Part shown: in pieces, positions 1-9,580 of the stretch
Layout: the number at the start of each line of letters is the position of its first letter
Position numbering within the stretch: position 1 is the first letter of the stretch
Origin: a virus
Taxonomy: Duplodnaviria; Caudoviricetes
Strand: one strand, 5' to 3'
Length of the DNA stretch: 64,000 nt
Virus record (IMG/VR): IMGVR_UViG_3300033066_001295
Location: 143,817-207,816 of that record
Made by a program: the position numbers and the translations under genes
The notes under the pieces: generated by a model
The model's database searches: none
Told to the model about the DNA's origin: nothing
The model's input: only the letters and a program-made list of their open reading frames with translations

Positions 1-10
1 ACAATGCTTA

Positions 11-742
11 TCATAGACCCAGTGTACTCAACACAGTGGAAAGAAGCCCGTCAGTTTTGCTGCCACCATTAAAGTGGAAAGCTGCTGGGAATGAGCCTGT
101 AACCTTGTTCTGGACATATTCTCCTGATGTGAAATCAAACTCGTCCATTTTGCACCCACACATGGTTTGAGCCATGTGACACTCATGATCCAGAATCATC
201 TTAACTGGCTGGTCAAGATAGGCCAGCGTTATGTACCCTTGGTCATTAGGGTGGACAACCCTGCCCTCTGAGTCAACATGGTCATCACAGTTGAAGCCTT
301 CCGGCACGTTCACTTTATACATGTGCTCAAGCATGGTGACAAAGGCGTCACGATGACCGACAATAAAGCCTGAGTTAAGGTACCTGAATTCGGTGCCACA
401 TTCAGGAAACTTGTCTGCCAGATGGCCCAAAGGGAAACAGTTCTTCTCAGCATTAAGCACAAGGTCTGCACCAGTTGCTAAAAAAGTGTCATAGATATAG
501 TCTGGGCTTTTGGCGAAGACTAGGTCCCATGAATCGGCCACAATCAACTTTTCAGGAGCATTGCCATCTTTCAGCCACTCCAACAATCGCTGTGGCTTTG
601 TCATAAGCCCGCCCCACCTTTGCTGCCAACCAAGTATGGTTGCCTCATGCCCAAACCTCTTCAGGCTGGCAAAGAACTGGTCAAAGCAGTAATAAGGTTC
701 CCTTGGTCTTCTGTTTGTAATAGTGACAACAGACACACTCAT
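11..742 (-). CDS. PLOD/LH3 glycosyltransferase-domain-like protein
   Basis: Motifs VADSWDLVF, NAEKNCFP, FRYLNSGFIVG, NDQGY and FHFNG resemble the GT-A domain of procollagen lysyl hydroxylases. Confidence 0.75.
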   Translation of the reverse strand: MSVSVVTITNRRPREPYYCFDQFFASLKRFGHEATILGWQQRWGGLMTKPQRLLEWLKDGNAPEKLIVADSWDLVFAKSPDYIYDTFLATGADLVLNAEKNCFPLGHLADKFPECGTEFRYLNSGFIVGHRDAFVTMLEHMYKVNVPEGFNCDDHVDSEGRVVHPNDQGYITLAYLDQPVKMILDHECHMAQTMCGCKMDEFDFTSGEYVQNKVTGSFPAAFHFNGGSKTDGLLSTVLSTLGL

Positions 743-1761
743 GAAATAGCCTCCTCAATTTTTGGAATAAGATACTCTCTGGCATACCGTGCTCCACGAT
801 ACCTGTCAATAGTCTCAAGACCTCTGATGTAGATGTCATACAGATCATCCCTCTTCAAAGCCTCATTCATAGCAGGAACCTCCTCGTCACCTTTCAAGCC
901 ACGGATTATGTCAAAGTCTGTCTGGTCCTTCTCAACCACGATGCTATTAACACCATGAATCCAAGGGAATGACCATGCCAGAGCATCTGATTGTTTCACC
1001 ATCACAGCGTTTACAGGGGCCTCAGCGTGCCTGAAACACTTGATACCCGCACCGGGCAGAGACAAGGAAAGTTTACTTCTGCCCTGACAGAGCAGCACTT
1101 TCTTAATGTCAATGCGGGTGAAGAAAGGTGAGTATATGGCAGCCCACACATGACTTTTACTGTTAGGGTCTGTGTGCTTGAAATGAGGGTCAAACTGGTC
1201 CCATGCTGAAATCAGATCATACCCAAGGTGTGATGACTGCTTGAATATCTCACCATGAACACGTCTGCGACCCTCGTGACTATGACCCCAGCTATAAAAT
1301 ACCTCAAGAGGTCTCCCATTAAAAGCCTCTCTGCTGTCTGCTGGTATGGGTCCTATGTAACAACCATAGTCGATAGGTTGCAAAGTTGGAGATACATCCT
1401 TGGCTAAAAGTTCTCTTTTGAAGACCAAAGCAGGTGGGCAGTCAGCCACCCACTTGTCAAACTTGCGCCACTCGTCAATTTTGATACCCCAGTCCTTAAA
1501 GGTGCCGAAGTTATCAAGGGTATTCGTGCCCCATATGTGAGTGTCCTTACGATCCCACTCATTGGCACCGTACTCAACGAAGTCAACAATCACAATGGGC
1601 TTTCGTATCTTGTACAACTCCTCATTGAATTGAAAATGCCCAAACCTTGATATTGGCACAATGACAACATCGTCACCTTTTGGAAGATAGCTGAGTATGT
1701 TGGAGTTTATAGCACCCTCAACAGTGCCACCCTTGTCAGGGCTTACAATGGTGAAATTCAT
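739..1761 (-). CDS. putative glycosyltransferase (GT-B/exostosin-like C-terminus)
   Basis: RPLEVFYSWG...RRRV and SKLSLSLPGAGIKCFRHAEA motifs; overlaps the adjacent GT gene. Confidence 0.5.
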   Translation of the reverse strand: MNFTIVSPDKGGTVEGAINSNILSYLPKGDDVVIVPISRFGHFQFNEELYKIRKPIVIVDFVEYGANEWDRKDTHIWGTNTLDNFGTFKDWGIKIDEWRKFDKWVADCPPALVFKRELLAKDVSPTLQPIDYGCYIGPIPADSREAFNGRPLEVFYSWGHSHEGRRRVHGEIFKQSSHLGYDLISAWDQFDPHFKHTDPNSKSHVWAAIYSPFFTRIDIKKVLLCQGRSKLSLSLPGAGIKCFRHAEAPVNAVMVKQSDALAWSFPWIHGVNSIVVEKDQTDFDIIRGLKGDEEVPAMNEALKRDDLYDIYIRGLETIDRYRGARYAREYLIPKIEEAIS

Positions 1762-2042
1762 TTAGACCTTTCGCACTTATTACAAAAAGGTTCAATCACT
1801 TTTTTGCAAGTTTCTTCCTGATTACAGGCTTCTTGATTGGCAAACCAATTGTGGCCTTATTAGCCTTGACTGCTTTTACAAGCAGCTTATGTATGTTATC
1901 AGCCATGACTTCTCAAATATCTAAGTTGGTAGTGAAAGCTCTCAAAAAATGTGACACCGACGATGATATAGACCGGTATGTCAGCAAGACAGGGCTGTCA
2001 AGAAGAGCCAGAAGTCAGATGATGAAAAAGATCGCCAAAAAG

Positions 2043-3212
2043 TCAGACTTCAAAGAGGCTAGTGAAAGTGCCCCTGTCACTGCTCTCCCCCTTGATAAGA
2101 CGCGAGTGGTCCGCTGATATTTCAGCACCACCAGCTTCGTCATCTTTCGGCAACCTTTTTGTTATAGCTGCGAGATGATGTGGTGATGAGCCTTTGTAGC
2201 TCCTCACACGGCTAACCCCTGATTGGCTTGGAAGCTGGACATCAATAGGCTTGCCGCCAAAATGCTTGATCTTCTGATATATGATGCTGCACCAAATGTT
2301 CCAGAGTACCTCACTTGTAGTACCTTTGGCTTCAAGATCGGCCAAGTAGTCTGCATATCCACGGAGCACCTCATAGCTCTTTTTGGTCAACTCACCATAC
2401 AGGAACTTCAGCAACTCCTTCTTGTCGTCCTTCAAGACTTTGGATAGCATGGCATACTCATGAGAGGTGATAACACCCTGACCACTGGTCGGCACACTAA
2501 CCTGAGAAGCATTCTGGAAACCTCCAGACGGGTTCATGATGCCCGTAGGCTTGTTGACACCCAGAACATTCAAGTTCACAGAGTCAATGCACCCAACCTT
2601 GCCTATCAAAAGCTGAACGGCAAAGCCAGCCTTCGGAACTCCGAGACCGGGCACCATTATCATCTTCCGGTAAACCAGAAAGCCTGTGTCACCGTTCTTT
2701 GAGTCGAGGTCAACAGCACGCATCAGCCCGGAATAAAGCTGGTTCCTGTTGTGCCAGATAATGTCAATCTGCTTCCTTCTACCGGCCCACCAACTAACAC
2801 CTGCATTCAACTCACTTGGGGCAACAGGATCACCATTGAGCGGAGGAAACTCACTCTTCCCCTGTTTAGGGAAGCCATCACTAGCAACAAGAGCTTCCCA
2901 GAAAGGAGGGAACAGGGCATTGAAACGAGGCCACTCGGTCTGCTGTGAGCAAATGACAAAAATGAGCAGTTTGGCCATGTTCTCAGGTGATGACTGGGCA
3001 TAGCTGCCTATCTCAGGCTGGTCCTTCTTAAACATCGGGTACTTCATGATGTCGAAGTCAGCCCTCACTGTGGCTACAGCGGGCTTTGGCTCGAACTCAG
3101 TGTCACCAAAAAGGTCATCACCTTCTGTTAGAGCCTCAAGAAGAGGTTTCCAGTTTTCCCTGCTGATGTCAAACTCAGCAATAAATTTTTCGATCAAGCT
3201 GAATTGTGTCAT
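2043..3212 (-). CDS. HhH-GPD superfamily (DNA glycosylase-like) protein
   Basis: MIMVPGLGVPKAGFAVQLLIGKVGCIDSVN: helix-hairpin-helix followed by a conserved Asp. Confidence 0.55.
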   Translation of the reverse strand: MTQFSLIEKFIAEFDISRENWKPLLEALTEGDDLFGDTEFEPKPAVATVRADFDIMKYPMFKKDQPEIGSYAQSSPENMAKLLIFVICSQQTEWPRFNALFPPFWEALVASDGFPKQGKSEFPPLNGDPVAPSELNAGVSWWAGRRKQIDIIWHNRNQLYSGLMRAVDLDSKNGDTGFLVYRKMIMVPGLGVPKAGFAVQLLIGKVGCIDSVNLNVLGVNKPTGIMNPSGGFQNASQVSVPTSGQGVITSHEYAMLSKVLKDDKKELLKFLYGELTKKSYEVLRGYADYLADLEAKGTTSEVLWNIWCSIIYQKIKHFGGKPIDVQLPSQSGVSRVRSYKGSSPHHLAAITKRLPKDDEAGGAEISADHSRLIKGESSDRGTFTSLFEV

Positions 3213-3238
3213 GGCTTTGAGAATAGATACTCGCTATC

Positions 3239-3874
3239 TCATTCGCCATACTTGCCAATAGGCCTGATGTTAAACCACTGGGTCACCAAATCGAGATTCT
3301 CCTTCTGAGTCTGAGTGAGCTTGCCAAGCTCCTTGGCACTCGGCACAGCCTTCATCTTCCTGATGAGCGCAATACTGTCTGACAGGTCTTTTGCCCTCAT
3401 TGAGTTGAGCTTCATTTTGAGAAGATCAAGCCAGTGGGCAACCGGGTAATCTGTCTCTGCTGAAGCTTGGTCGTAAGTGATTGACTTGGGGTTTTGTGTG
3501 CCACCGGGAAACTCGTGTCCCGGAGTCATGAAGTCAACATACCCACCACTTGGGGAAATCCATGATTCAACACCAACGCTCTCGTGGTCACGAGACCAGC
3601 CCTGCGGAGGTGATGGAACCTTGGTCACCCACACGTCGAGGTCAACGGTAGGACGGAACCCATCGGCACTGCCGATATGACGTAGAATGCCAACTGAGCC
3701 TACAATGGCAGGCTTCAGGCCAAGGTCACGAAGGTACTTGATCAGGAACTTTGTCTCCTCCGCTGTAGGCGGAACATGGGTGCCCTCCTCGCTCTCTACC
3801 AGCCTGTTTTTGACACGGCACTGGTTGAGGTAGGACTCGATGTTATTTTCAAAAAGCAAGGTAAATGGTTTCAT
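3239..3874 (-). CDS. Pol-beta superfamily nucleotidyltransferase
   Basis: AIVGSVG...RPTVDLDVWV and LLKMKLNSMRAKDLSD; start moved to MKPFTLLFE, which follows a TACCTATT motif. Confidence 0.7.
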   Translation of the reverse strand: MKPFTLLFENNIESYLNQCRVKNRLVESEEGTHVPPTAEETKFLIKYLRDLGLKPAIVGSVGILRHIGSADGFRPTVDLDVWVTKVPSPPQGWSRDHESVGVESWISPSGGYVDFMTPGHEFPGGTQNPKSITYDQASAETDYPVAHWLDLLKMKLNSMRAKDLSDSIALIRKMKAVPSAKELGKLTQTQKENLDLVTQWFNIRPIGKYGE

Positions 3875-3875
3875 T

Positions 3876-4187
3876 TCAAATAGGTAGAACTTCCTCAATT
3901 TCACTCCGGTCAAGATGGACAATATCACCATCCTTCAAGTCGGTACACCAGATAGGGTCATTGTTAAGACGACCACAAAGTTCTTTGGAACCACAAAGCT
4001 CTTCAATACTCGGACCAACGATGCTCACCCACATGTGCTCGGTAAGGTCATCCTTGTGGAAGGCAATTTTGCAGTTCCTGCCCGCAAACCACTCCAGAGG
4101 TTTTTCTTGAAATTCTGGCTTGGGCTGTAGCCTGCTTTTAGCACAGCTTGGGCAAACAAGGCCCATATTTGAAAAAGGTTCGGTCAT
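3876..4187 (-). CDS. DUF2314/YegJ-like protein
   Basis: EHMWVSIV...GRLNNDPI...LKDGDIV. Confidence 0.55.
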   Translation of the reverse strand: MTEPFSNMGLVCPSCAKSRLQPKPEFQEKPLEWFAGRNCKIAFHKDDLTEHMWVSIVGPSIEELCGSKELCGRLNNDPIWCTDLKDGDIVHLDRSEIEEVLPI

Positions 4188-4223
4188 ACCTACCAATATA
4201 TTGAAATTGAGGCTTTTGTCAAT

Positions 4224-4622
4224 TCAATTCTGGGGTATCTTGAGGTCACCGATATACTTTACCCTCTTTTCACCACCGACCCGGAGTGTTTTTAACAGGT
4301 CTAGTTCTTTTCGTGATTCTGTTTTCTCAGTTCCAGTATCCCCACTGTACCTGAAGAACTTGGCAAGCTTCTCCTTCCCTTCTGGAGAGTCGGCATCAAC
4401 CCAGTCGGTGTTGATCTCAGCCTTCATGCCGGAGAAGACAAAGTTTGCCACCCCGCTGTCACGGGCACACTTCAGCCACCCTTTGACCATAGTGAAATTC
4501 TCATCAGTCAGTTCAATGTTGAAGTGCTGCATCAGCCCAGTCGCATAGAGACTTTCCATCAAATCGCACTGGCCCTCAAACAGCTTGGTCTGAGCCTCTG
4601 TTGTGTGAAATTTCACTTTCAT
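4224..4622 (-). CDS. hypothetical protein
   Basis: 132-aa ORF 6 nt after a TTGACA-N17-TAGCTT promoter. Confidence 0.6.
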   Translation of the reverse strand: MKVKFHTTEAQTKLFEGQCDLMESLYATGLMQHFNIELTDENFTMVKGWLKCARDSGVANFVFSGMKAEINTDWVDADSPEGKEKLAKFFRYSGDTGTEKTESRKELDLLKTLRVGGEKRVKYIGDLKIPQN

Positions 4623-4675
4623 GGTTGAAAGCTAAGTGAGTTAAGGCTTCTGTCAAACCGATAGCATGGCTCAAA

Positions 4676-4765
4676 TGGTCACCTAGCTCAGATTTCCACT
4701 GAGACGAAGATTTTACCTCCGGGACGTTTTAAGTGTCCTGCGTCTGGTTGTTCCGCCACTAGGTG
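4676..4765 (-). tRNA. tRNA-Leu(TAA)
   Basis: Acceptor CACCTAG/CTAGGTG-A-CCA, loop CT-TAA-AA, long variable arm. Confidence 0.85.
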
Positions 4766-4830
4766 TTGATGATTTATCCGGTAGGGGTCTGCGATGACCC
4801 CACCTATCTTTATCTTATACGTGTCACCTG

Positions 4831-5247
4831 TCATGTGATGTCTTTAATGAAAGGGAAGGAGAACTTGTCAAACACAACTGGCATGTGCAGTTTGTCCTCC
4901 ATTTTAGGAAGCACCTCAAGTTCTTCTGGTGTTATAGCCCTCCAGCACTGCTGCCCATGGTCCCACACTCTTTTCCAAAAATAAGAAGTTCTGCCAATGT
5001 AGCCATCTGGGAGGTTGTCCGTGTCGAATTTGGAATCCCACTCATACACGTCTTTGCTAGGGCTGAAAACATGCCATTGCCTCTCACCACCCATGCCTCC
5101 CCACTTGCCGTCACAGATTGAGTAAGGGTTAGCCATGTCAAGCTCATCTGATTCCTCCTTTGAGAGGAACTTGAACTTGAAGGTTAGGTCCGTAGGACCG
5201 TCCATAGGCTGGACGGTTACAAGGTCATGTGCGCTTAGAGTGCTCAT
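4831..5247 (-). CDS. small protein with N-terminal gp23 major capsid fragment
   Basis: LSAHDLVTVQPMDGPTDLTF resembles T4 gp23 LIAFDICGVQPMNSPTG. Confidence 0.55.
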   Translation of the reverse strand: MSTLSAHDLVTVQPMDGPTDLTFKFKFLSKEESDELDMANPYSICDGKWGGMGGERQWHVFSPSKDVYEWDSKFDTDNLPDGYIGRTSYFWKRVWDHGQQCWRAITPEELEVLPKMEDKLHMPVVFDKFSFPFIKDIT

Positions 5248-5429
5248 CTTCCTGCTTCTTGATGTCTTTCTTGGTGGCAATACGCTCTTTGCTCCAAAAC
5301 ACCTTTTTGAAGTCACGAAGATGTTTCCACCATTGAGGGGGTTTGGTCAACAGTCCTTTCTTTACAGTGGCCATATGATCTTGAGACGTGGAAATTCATC
5401 TGCTGAAGGGGATGGCTTGTAATCAGCCT

Positions 5430-5654
5430 TCATTTGGTCTTCAGACGGGAAGTAGATCGAACAGGTAGTTGGGTCATATCCGGCGGCAGGATCTTGATGG
5501 CCACCGTGCGCCCCAGTGTCTTCTGCACACCTGATGGAACCTTATAGGTCACATGAGTGCTCATTCTTAGCTTCTTAGCAATGTCAGCCCAAGAAACCTT
5601 TTGTTCACGAAGAGAGATGATCTGATTGATATAGCGTGATGCTGGTTTTTTCAT
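5430..5654 (-). CDS. small HTH-like protein
   Basis: IISLREQKVSWADIAKKL. Confidence 0.45.
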   Translation of the reverse strand: MKKPASRYINQIISLREQKVSWADIAKKLRMSTHVTYKVPSGVQKTLGRTVAIKILPPDMTQLPVRSTSRLKTK

Positions 5655-5880
5655 ATCAGAAAACTATGACAGCATGGCTTCAACCTGTCAAACATTTTGT
5701 TATTCCACCAAGCGGTAACTCTCCAAACTGCGAAGATTGATAAAACAGAGTCTCCAAAGAATTTGGAATACCTCATCATCTGGGGCTTCTTTGGTGATAG
5801 CAGTGGCAGCCTGAAGAACAGCCGTCTTGGCCTTCTCAAGCTCTACCTTGGCTTGGGGGGAGTTTGACATGTGCATAGAA

Positions 5881-5954
5881 TGGAGCCTCTTAACGGATTC
5901 GCACCGTTCTATCTGCGCTACGAGGGCAGAACATCGCTTCTATGTTTAAGAGGC
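5881..5954 (-). tRNA. tRNA-Thr(CGT)
   Basis: GCCTCTT/AAGAGGC-T-CCA, loop CT-CGT-AG. Confidence 0.85.
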
Positions 5955-6138
5955 ATTACTTTTTCTTTTTTGCATAACTGCTCGCACCGGATGGTGATAG
6001 CTGCTTGCAGTTTGCTCTGGGGCGACCGTAAGAATCCCTAGACTTGTCCGGTGTTACAAGCCTTCTACGCTCCTCTTTTGTAAGGGTAGCACCTTTTCGA
6101 GAGTAACTTACTAGCTCATGAATTGATCTCATAGTGTG

Positions 6139-6447
6139 TCAGGCGTAATACTCACGCCAAATAACTGGTTGTTTTTGACCGTAGATCATAGCCATAGCCT
6201 GTCGCAAAAGATTCTCACGGTCTGTATCTGACAAGGCATTGCACTCAGCCCTGTTACAACGTGCTATCTCATTCTCTGCTAGCCTCCTCAGTCTCCTCTG
6301 GTGCTTGAACCAAGCAGCCTGAGCAGCCAAAACAGTGAAGTCGATACCTGAGTTGTGGAACCATTCCACAACTTCCTTCCACGTCATACCCTCTTCCCTG
6401 AGAGTTTGAATACGTGGTATGTGATTTGAAGCTAAGTCATATGACAT
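6139..6447 (-). CDS. hypothetical protein
   Basis: 102-aa ORF directly downstream of a tRNA. Confidence 0.5.
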   Translation of the reverse strand: MSYDLASNHIPRIQTLREEGMTWKEVVEWFHNSGIDFTVLAAQAAWFKHQRRLRRLAENEIARCNRAECNALSDTDRENLLRQAMAMIYGQKQPVIWREYYA

Positions 6448-6448
6448 A

Positions 6449-6523
6449 TGGTACGCCCGGTTGGTTCTGCCCCAACTACCAAGGAATTATGAGTTCCCTG
6501 CTCTACTATTGAGCTACAAGCGC
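6449..6523 (-). tRNA. tRNA with CAT anticodon (Met or Ile2)
   Basis: GCGCTTG/CGGGCGT-A-CCA, loop CT-CAT-AA. Confidence 0.85.
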
Positions 6524-6532
6524 AAATGCAAA

Positions 6533-6648
6533 AGGAGAAAATCGGAGAGAGTAATTACCGTGCTGCCGTTACACTAAAGGCTTTCACCTTTGGGAGTCGA
6601 ACCCATCCGGTCGATAATCAGTCGAAGTAACTCTGTTCCTCGCTGCCT
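6533..6648 (-). ncRNA. YrlA/Y-RNA-like RNA 1
   Basis: CAGCGAG..GAGTTACTTC 5' motif and CTCCGATTTTCT 3' motif enclosing permuted T arm, loop-closed acceptor stem and D arm. Confidence 0.7.
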
Positions 6649-6652
6649 ATGC

Positions 6653-6729
6653 TGGTCAGGTTAATGGGATTCGCACCCATGGTCTCTTCGTCCCGAACGA
6701 AGCGTGATACTAGGCTTCACTATAACCTG
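6653..6729 (-). tRNA. tRNA-Pro(CGG)
   Basis: CAGGTTA/TAACCTG-A-CCA, loop TT-CGG-GA. Confidence 0.9.
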
Positions 6730-6736
6730 TTAAATA

Positions 6737-6890
6737 TGTCAGAGAAAATTGAAGAGCGGTATTTTTCGGTGCTCTACTATTAAGCTATAGTGGAATTGAA
6801 ATCTCGATCATGAGACTTCAATTCCACCAAGGGGAATTGCACACCCTACACCCGTCTTGAATGAAGTAACGCTTTTTCTCGCTGCTGACA
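6737..6890 (-). ncRNA. YrlA/Y-RNA-like RNA 2
   Basis: Same terminal motifs; T arm, about 18-bp closed acceptor hairpin, D arm. Confidence 0.7.
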
Positions 6891-6891
6891 C

Positions 6892-6968
6892 TGGCGTTCC
6901 TGAGAGGAATTGCACCCCCATCTTTCGCGTTCGATGCGCGAAGCTCTAGTCTGTTAAGCTACAGGAAC
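6892..6968 (-). tRNA. tRNA-Arg(TCG)
   Basis: GTTCCTG/CAGGAAC-G-CCA, loop CA-TCG-AA (A33). Confidence 0.8.
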
Positions 6969-6969
6969 A

Positions 6970-7425
6970 TTAACTTTCACCGACGTATGTCACGCCACAG
7001 GCGTTACACACATATTTTGAAGAATCGCCATTCGGTGGATGACGAAAAACATTGCAGCCACAGTCACACCGGAATGACTGTCCGCCAGAAAGCCTCACCA
7101 TTCTGTCCACGTCAGGATCAGCCCAGTTGGCTACCTTCTCAGGCACAGAACGCTGGGTTCTCAGTTCAAACAAGCCTTTGAGGTCAGACTCCTGTTCCAT
7201 GATCAATCGAGCATAAAAGGCACGATGGTTATTGCAGAGTTTGAAGTCAGGATCAGTTGTGCTGAGTCCTACCTCCCATCTAACAAGCTCATAGATCATG
7301 CTAATACCAAGCTTGGTCTTGCCACCCTTGGCTTTCACCCAGTCACGGGCAAAACCAACAAGAAGCTCATAGACCTTTGGGTTCTCTTTGTGGAACTTCT
7401 GGAACTCTTTTTCAAGCTTTGACAT
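6970..7425 (-). CDS. hypothetical phage protein with C-terminal Zn ribbon
   Basis: FHKENPKVYE...FKLCNNHRAFYARL and CDCGC...CNAC. Confidence 0.6.
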   Translation of the reverse strand: MSKLEKEFQKFHKENPKVYELLVGFARDWVKAKGGKTKLGISMIYELVRWEVGLSTTDPDFKLCNNHRAFYARLIMEQESDLKGLFELRTQRSVPEKVANWADPDVDRMVRLSGGQSFRCDCGCNVFRHPPNGDSSKYVCNACGVTYVGES

Positions 7426-7496
7426 TAGTTGACTATAACTAATACAAAACTCCTGTCAAATTGTTTTGAAAAGTCCGTTGAGTGTATGTATTTCTT

Positions 7497-8048
7497 ATGG
7501 AAGACTTAACGGGAAACATCTTCGGACTACTTACTGTTATAGGTCCAGCGAGCAAAGCTAACAAACAACGTGGCAGACGTTGGGAATGCCGCTGCTTGTG
7601 TGGTAAGCTAACCTCTGTACAAGGCTACAACCTAAAAAGAGGAAACACAAAATCGTGTGGATGTTTAGTCGGTGAAAAAATGAGGGGAAAATGTAACCCA
7701 AGATTCAAAGGTTATGAGGAAATCAGTGGGTCAAAATTATATGAGTACAAGAAAAATGCAAAACTTAGGGGGTTAAATTTTGAAGTCACTATTCAAGACC
7801 TTTGGGAGCAATTTCTAGCACAAAATCGAAAGTGTGCTCTAACTGGAGTAGAACTCACATTTCAAAAAACCATTTTAGACCGAGCATCAACAGCCTCTTT
7901 AGACAGAGTTGACAGCACACTAGGGTACACTAAAGGCAATATTCAATGGCTTCACAAAGATGTTAATTATATGAAATCAGACCTTCCACAGGAAGTATTC
8001 ATACAAATCTGTAAACAAGTAGCATCTCAGCACGAAGGAAAACCATGA
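7497..8048 (+). CDS. HNH homing endonuclease
   Basis: DLTGNIFGLLTVIG..WECRCLCG..TKSCGC N-terminus; ASLDRVDSTLGYTKGNIQWLHKDVNYMK. Confidence 0.85.
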   Translation: MEDLTGNIFGLLTVIGPASKANKQRGRRWECRCLCGKLTSVQGYNLKRGNTKSCGCLVGEKMRGKCNPRFKGYEEISGSKLYEYKKNAKLRGLNFEVTIQDLWEQFLAQNRKCALTGVELTFQKTILDRASTASLDRVDSTLGYTKGNIQWLHKDVNYMKSDLPQEVFIQICKQVASQHEGKP

Positions 8049-8133
8049 GGGGAGGGAGCCACTTTCACATCCTGTAGCTCCAACCCATGTGCAGGCCGAC
8101 AACGGCAATTCGCTGCTCCCCCCACTCATGGTT
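8041..8133 (-). ncRNA. unassigned structured RNA
   Basis: Long closing helix AACCATGAG-TGGGGGAGC / GCTCCCTCCC-CTCATGGTT. Confidence 0.45.
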
Positions 8134-8144
8134 CAAAAAAAGTG

Positions 8145-8346
8145 TTTCCCATGCCAATGATTTTACGGCGGGTCTGGTTACCCGCTTTCACCTTCACGTC
8201 ATTACCTCTTTCAGGCGGATTGTGACTGGCCTAGTCACTCTCTGACGGAGACAACCTCTCATAGGATTTGATAGGTATATGGGGGTGAAGCGCATCAATC
8301 AAACGAAGGGTACATTGCTGTCCCTAATTCGTCACTGACTGGGAAA
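8145..8346 (-). ncRNA. unassigned multi-stem RNA with probable pseudoknot
   Basis: Closing stem TTTCCCA-GTCAGTGA / TCATTGGC-A-TGGGAAA; several internal hairpins. Confidence 0.55.
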
Positions 8347-8347
8347 T

Positions 8348-8469
8348 TGGTCGAACAGGAGGATTTTCACCACCGTCTCTGAGGAGCTATTAGAGCCAAC
8401 CTTTTTGCACTCATTGCTTGTTGGTCATCTGTCTAGCCGTCTCCATCTCGCGTATGGGCACGCTGTTCG
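8348..8469 (-). ncRNA. expanded tRNA-like RNA
   Basis: CGAACAG/CTGTTCG-A-CCA, T-loop-like TGAAAAT, long arm instead of an anticodon loop. Confidence 0.55.
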
Positions 8470-8509
8470 ATAAAAGGAGTGTATATCACTCCGAGAAAAT
8501 TGTCAACCA

Positions 8510-8851
8510 CTACTTTGTGGTAGGCTCTGGCTGAGGTTTTGCCTTCAACATATCAGTCAAGAAGCTGAGAGTCTTGTCATGGGCTTGATCAGCCCCGTAG
8601 GAGCGGTTTATCTCAGCCCTGATGTCACCTTTAACTGTCTCTATGTCAGCCTTCATGTTAGAGATAGACGAGGCATAGACAGCACTCTCATCAACGAGGT
8701 GCTTCACCCTTTCGATGGTAGCAGACTCAGTAGCTTTGGCCACTGCCCAAGATGATATACCATCCTTGAACTGAGTGAAGACAGCCCATATACCCAGAAA
8801 AAGCATTATCTGGTTGTTTGAGATGTTGATCCTCGGCTCCTCAGCAGGCAT
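8510..8851 (-). CDS. membrane-anchored coiled-coil protein (holin-like candidate)
   Basis: Single N-terminal hydrophobic segment IMLFLGIWAVF; TACCTATT 4 nt upstream. Confidence 0.4.
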   Translation of the reverse strand: MPAEEPRINISNNQIMLFLGIWAVFTQFKDGISSWAVAKATESATIERVKHLVDESAVYASSISNMKADIETVKGDIRAEINRSYGADQAHDKTLSFLTDMLKAKPQPEPTTK

Positions 8852-9023
8852 ACCAAATAGGTAGGTGTGTGATGGTATTCCCAAGTGGAATTGCACCACT
8901 TCGAGCACCTTCGGAGAGTGCCATGCCTCTATTACATCATGGGAACTGGTGCTCACGACTGGAGTTGCACCAGCACTGCCACGCTTCTGAGACGTGTGCC
9001 TCCTGCTATTGGGCTACGTGAGC

Positions 9024-9371
9024 TTAATGATACAAAGCCGCAGATGCTCTGTGACGAGAGTATGGTTCAGGCTCGTCATCACCATCATCAAGAAATTCAA
9101 TCTTTGTCACTGTATGCGAGGTCTCATCAGCTTTCTCAAAGGGCTTGCCCATGTAATAGGCATATGCTTCATCCCGAGAGGCATTGATGGTGGTGTAAAG
9201 GTAGTCACCGTCATCAAATGTCACCTTCAAAGCGTGTTTTTCAGGTTTGACCTTACCATAACGCAAGTCATCAGGCAACTCAGGAAGACCTCTTTGCTGC
9301 CTAATTTTAACCATTTCATCATGGTCCATACCTAGAGGTGACTCGTTCATCGAGCTAATGAAACTGTTCAT
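9024..9371 (-). CDS. hypothetical protein, possible internal head protein
   Basis: 115 aa, TAGATATT motif upstream, N-terminus MNSFISSMNES. Confidence 0.5.
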   Translation of the reverse strand: MNSFISSMNESPLGMDHDEMVKIRQQRGLPELPDDLRYGKVKPEKHALKVTFDDGDYLYTTINASRDEAYAYYMGKPFEKADETSHTVTKIEFLDDGDDEPEPYSRHRASAALYH

Positions 9372-9379
9372 GTCAATAT

Positions 9380-9580
9380 CTACCCTGTTGAAGCAGTAAA
9401 CTTGATTTTTGACTTCGGTATGTCGTGAGGTGTCTTGTATGAAGCCGACCTGAAACGGTGTGTATAGACGAAGAAGCCGTTGGCATCCTTGCCCAAGCTC
9501 ACCTCTTTCATGATCTCCTTCAGATCATCGGGCTTGGGGACGTTCTCCATTTCAGATTCAAACAGGTTGAGAAAGGTCAT
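9380..9580 (-). CDS. small protein with FxxLFE N-terminus
   Basis: MTFLNLFES. Confidence 0.55.
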   Translation of the reverse strand: MTFLNLFESEMENVPKPDDLKEIMKEVSLGKDANGFFVYTHRFRSASYKTPHDIPKSKIKFTASTG

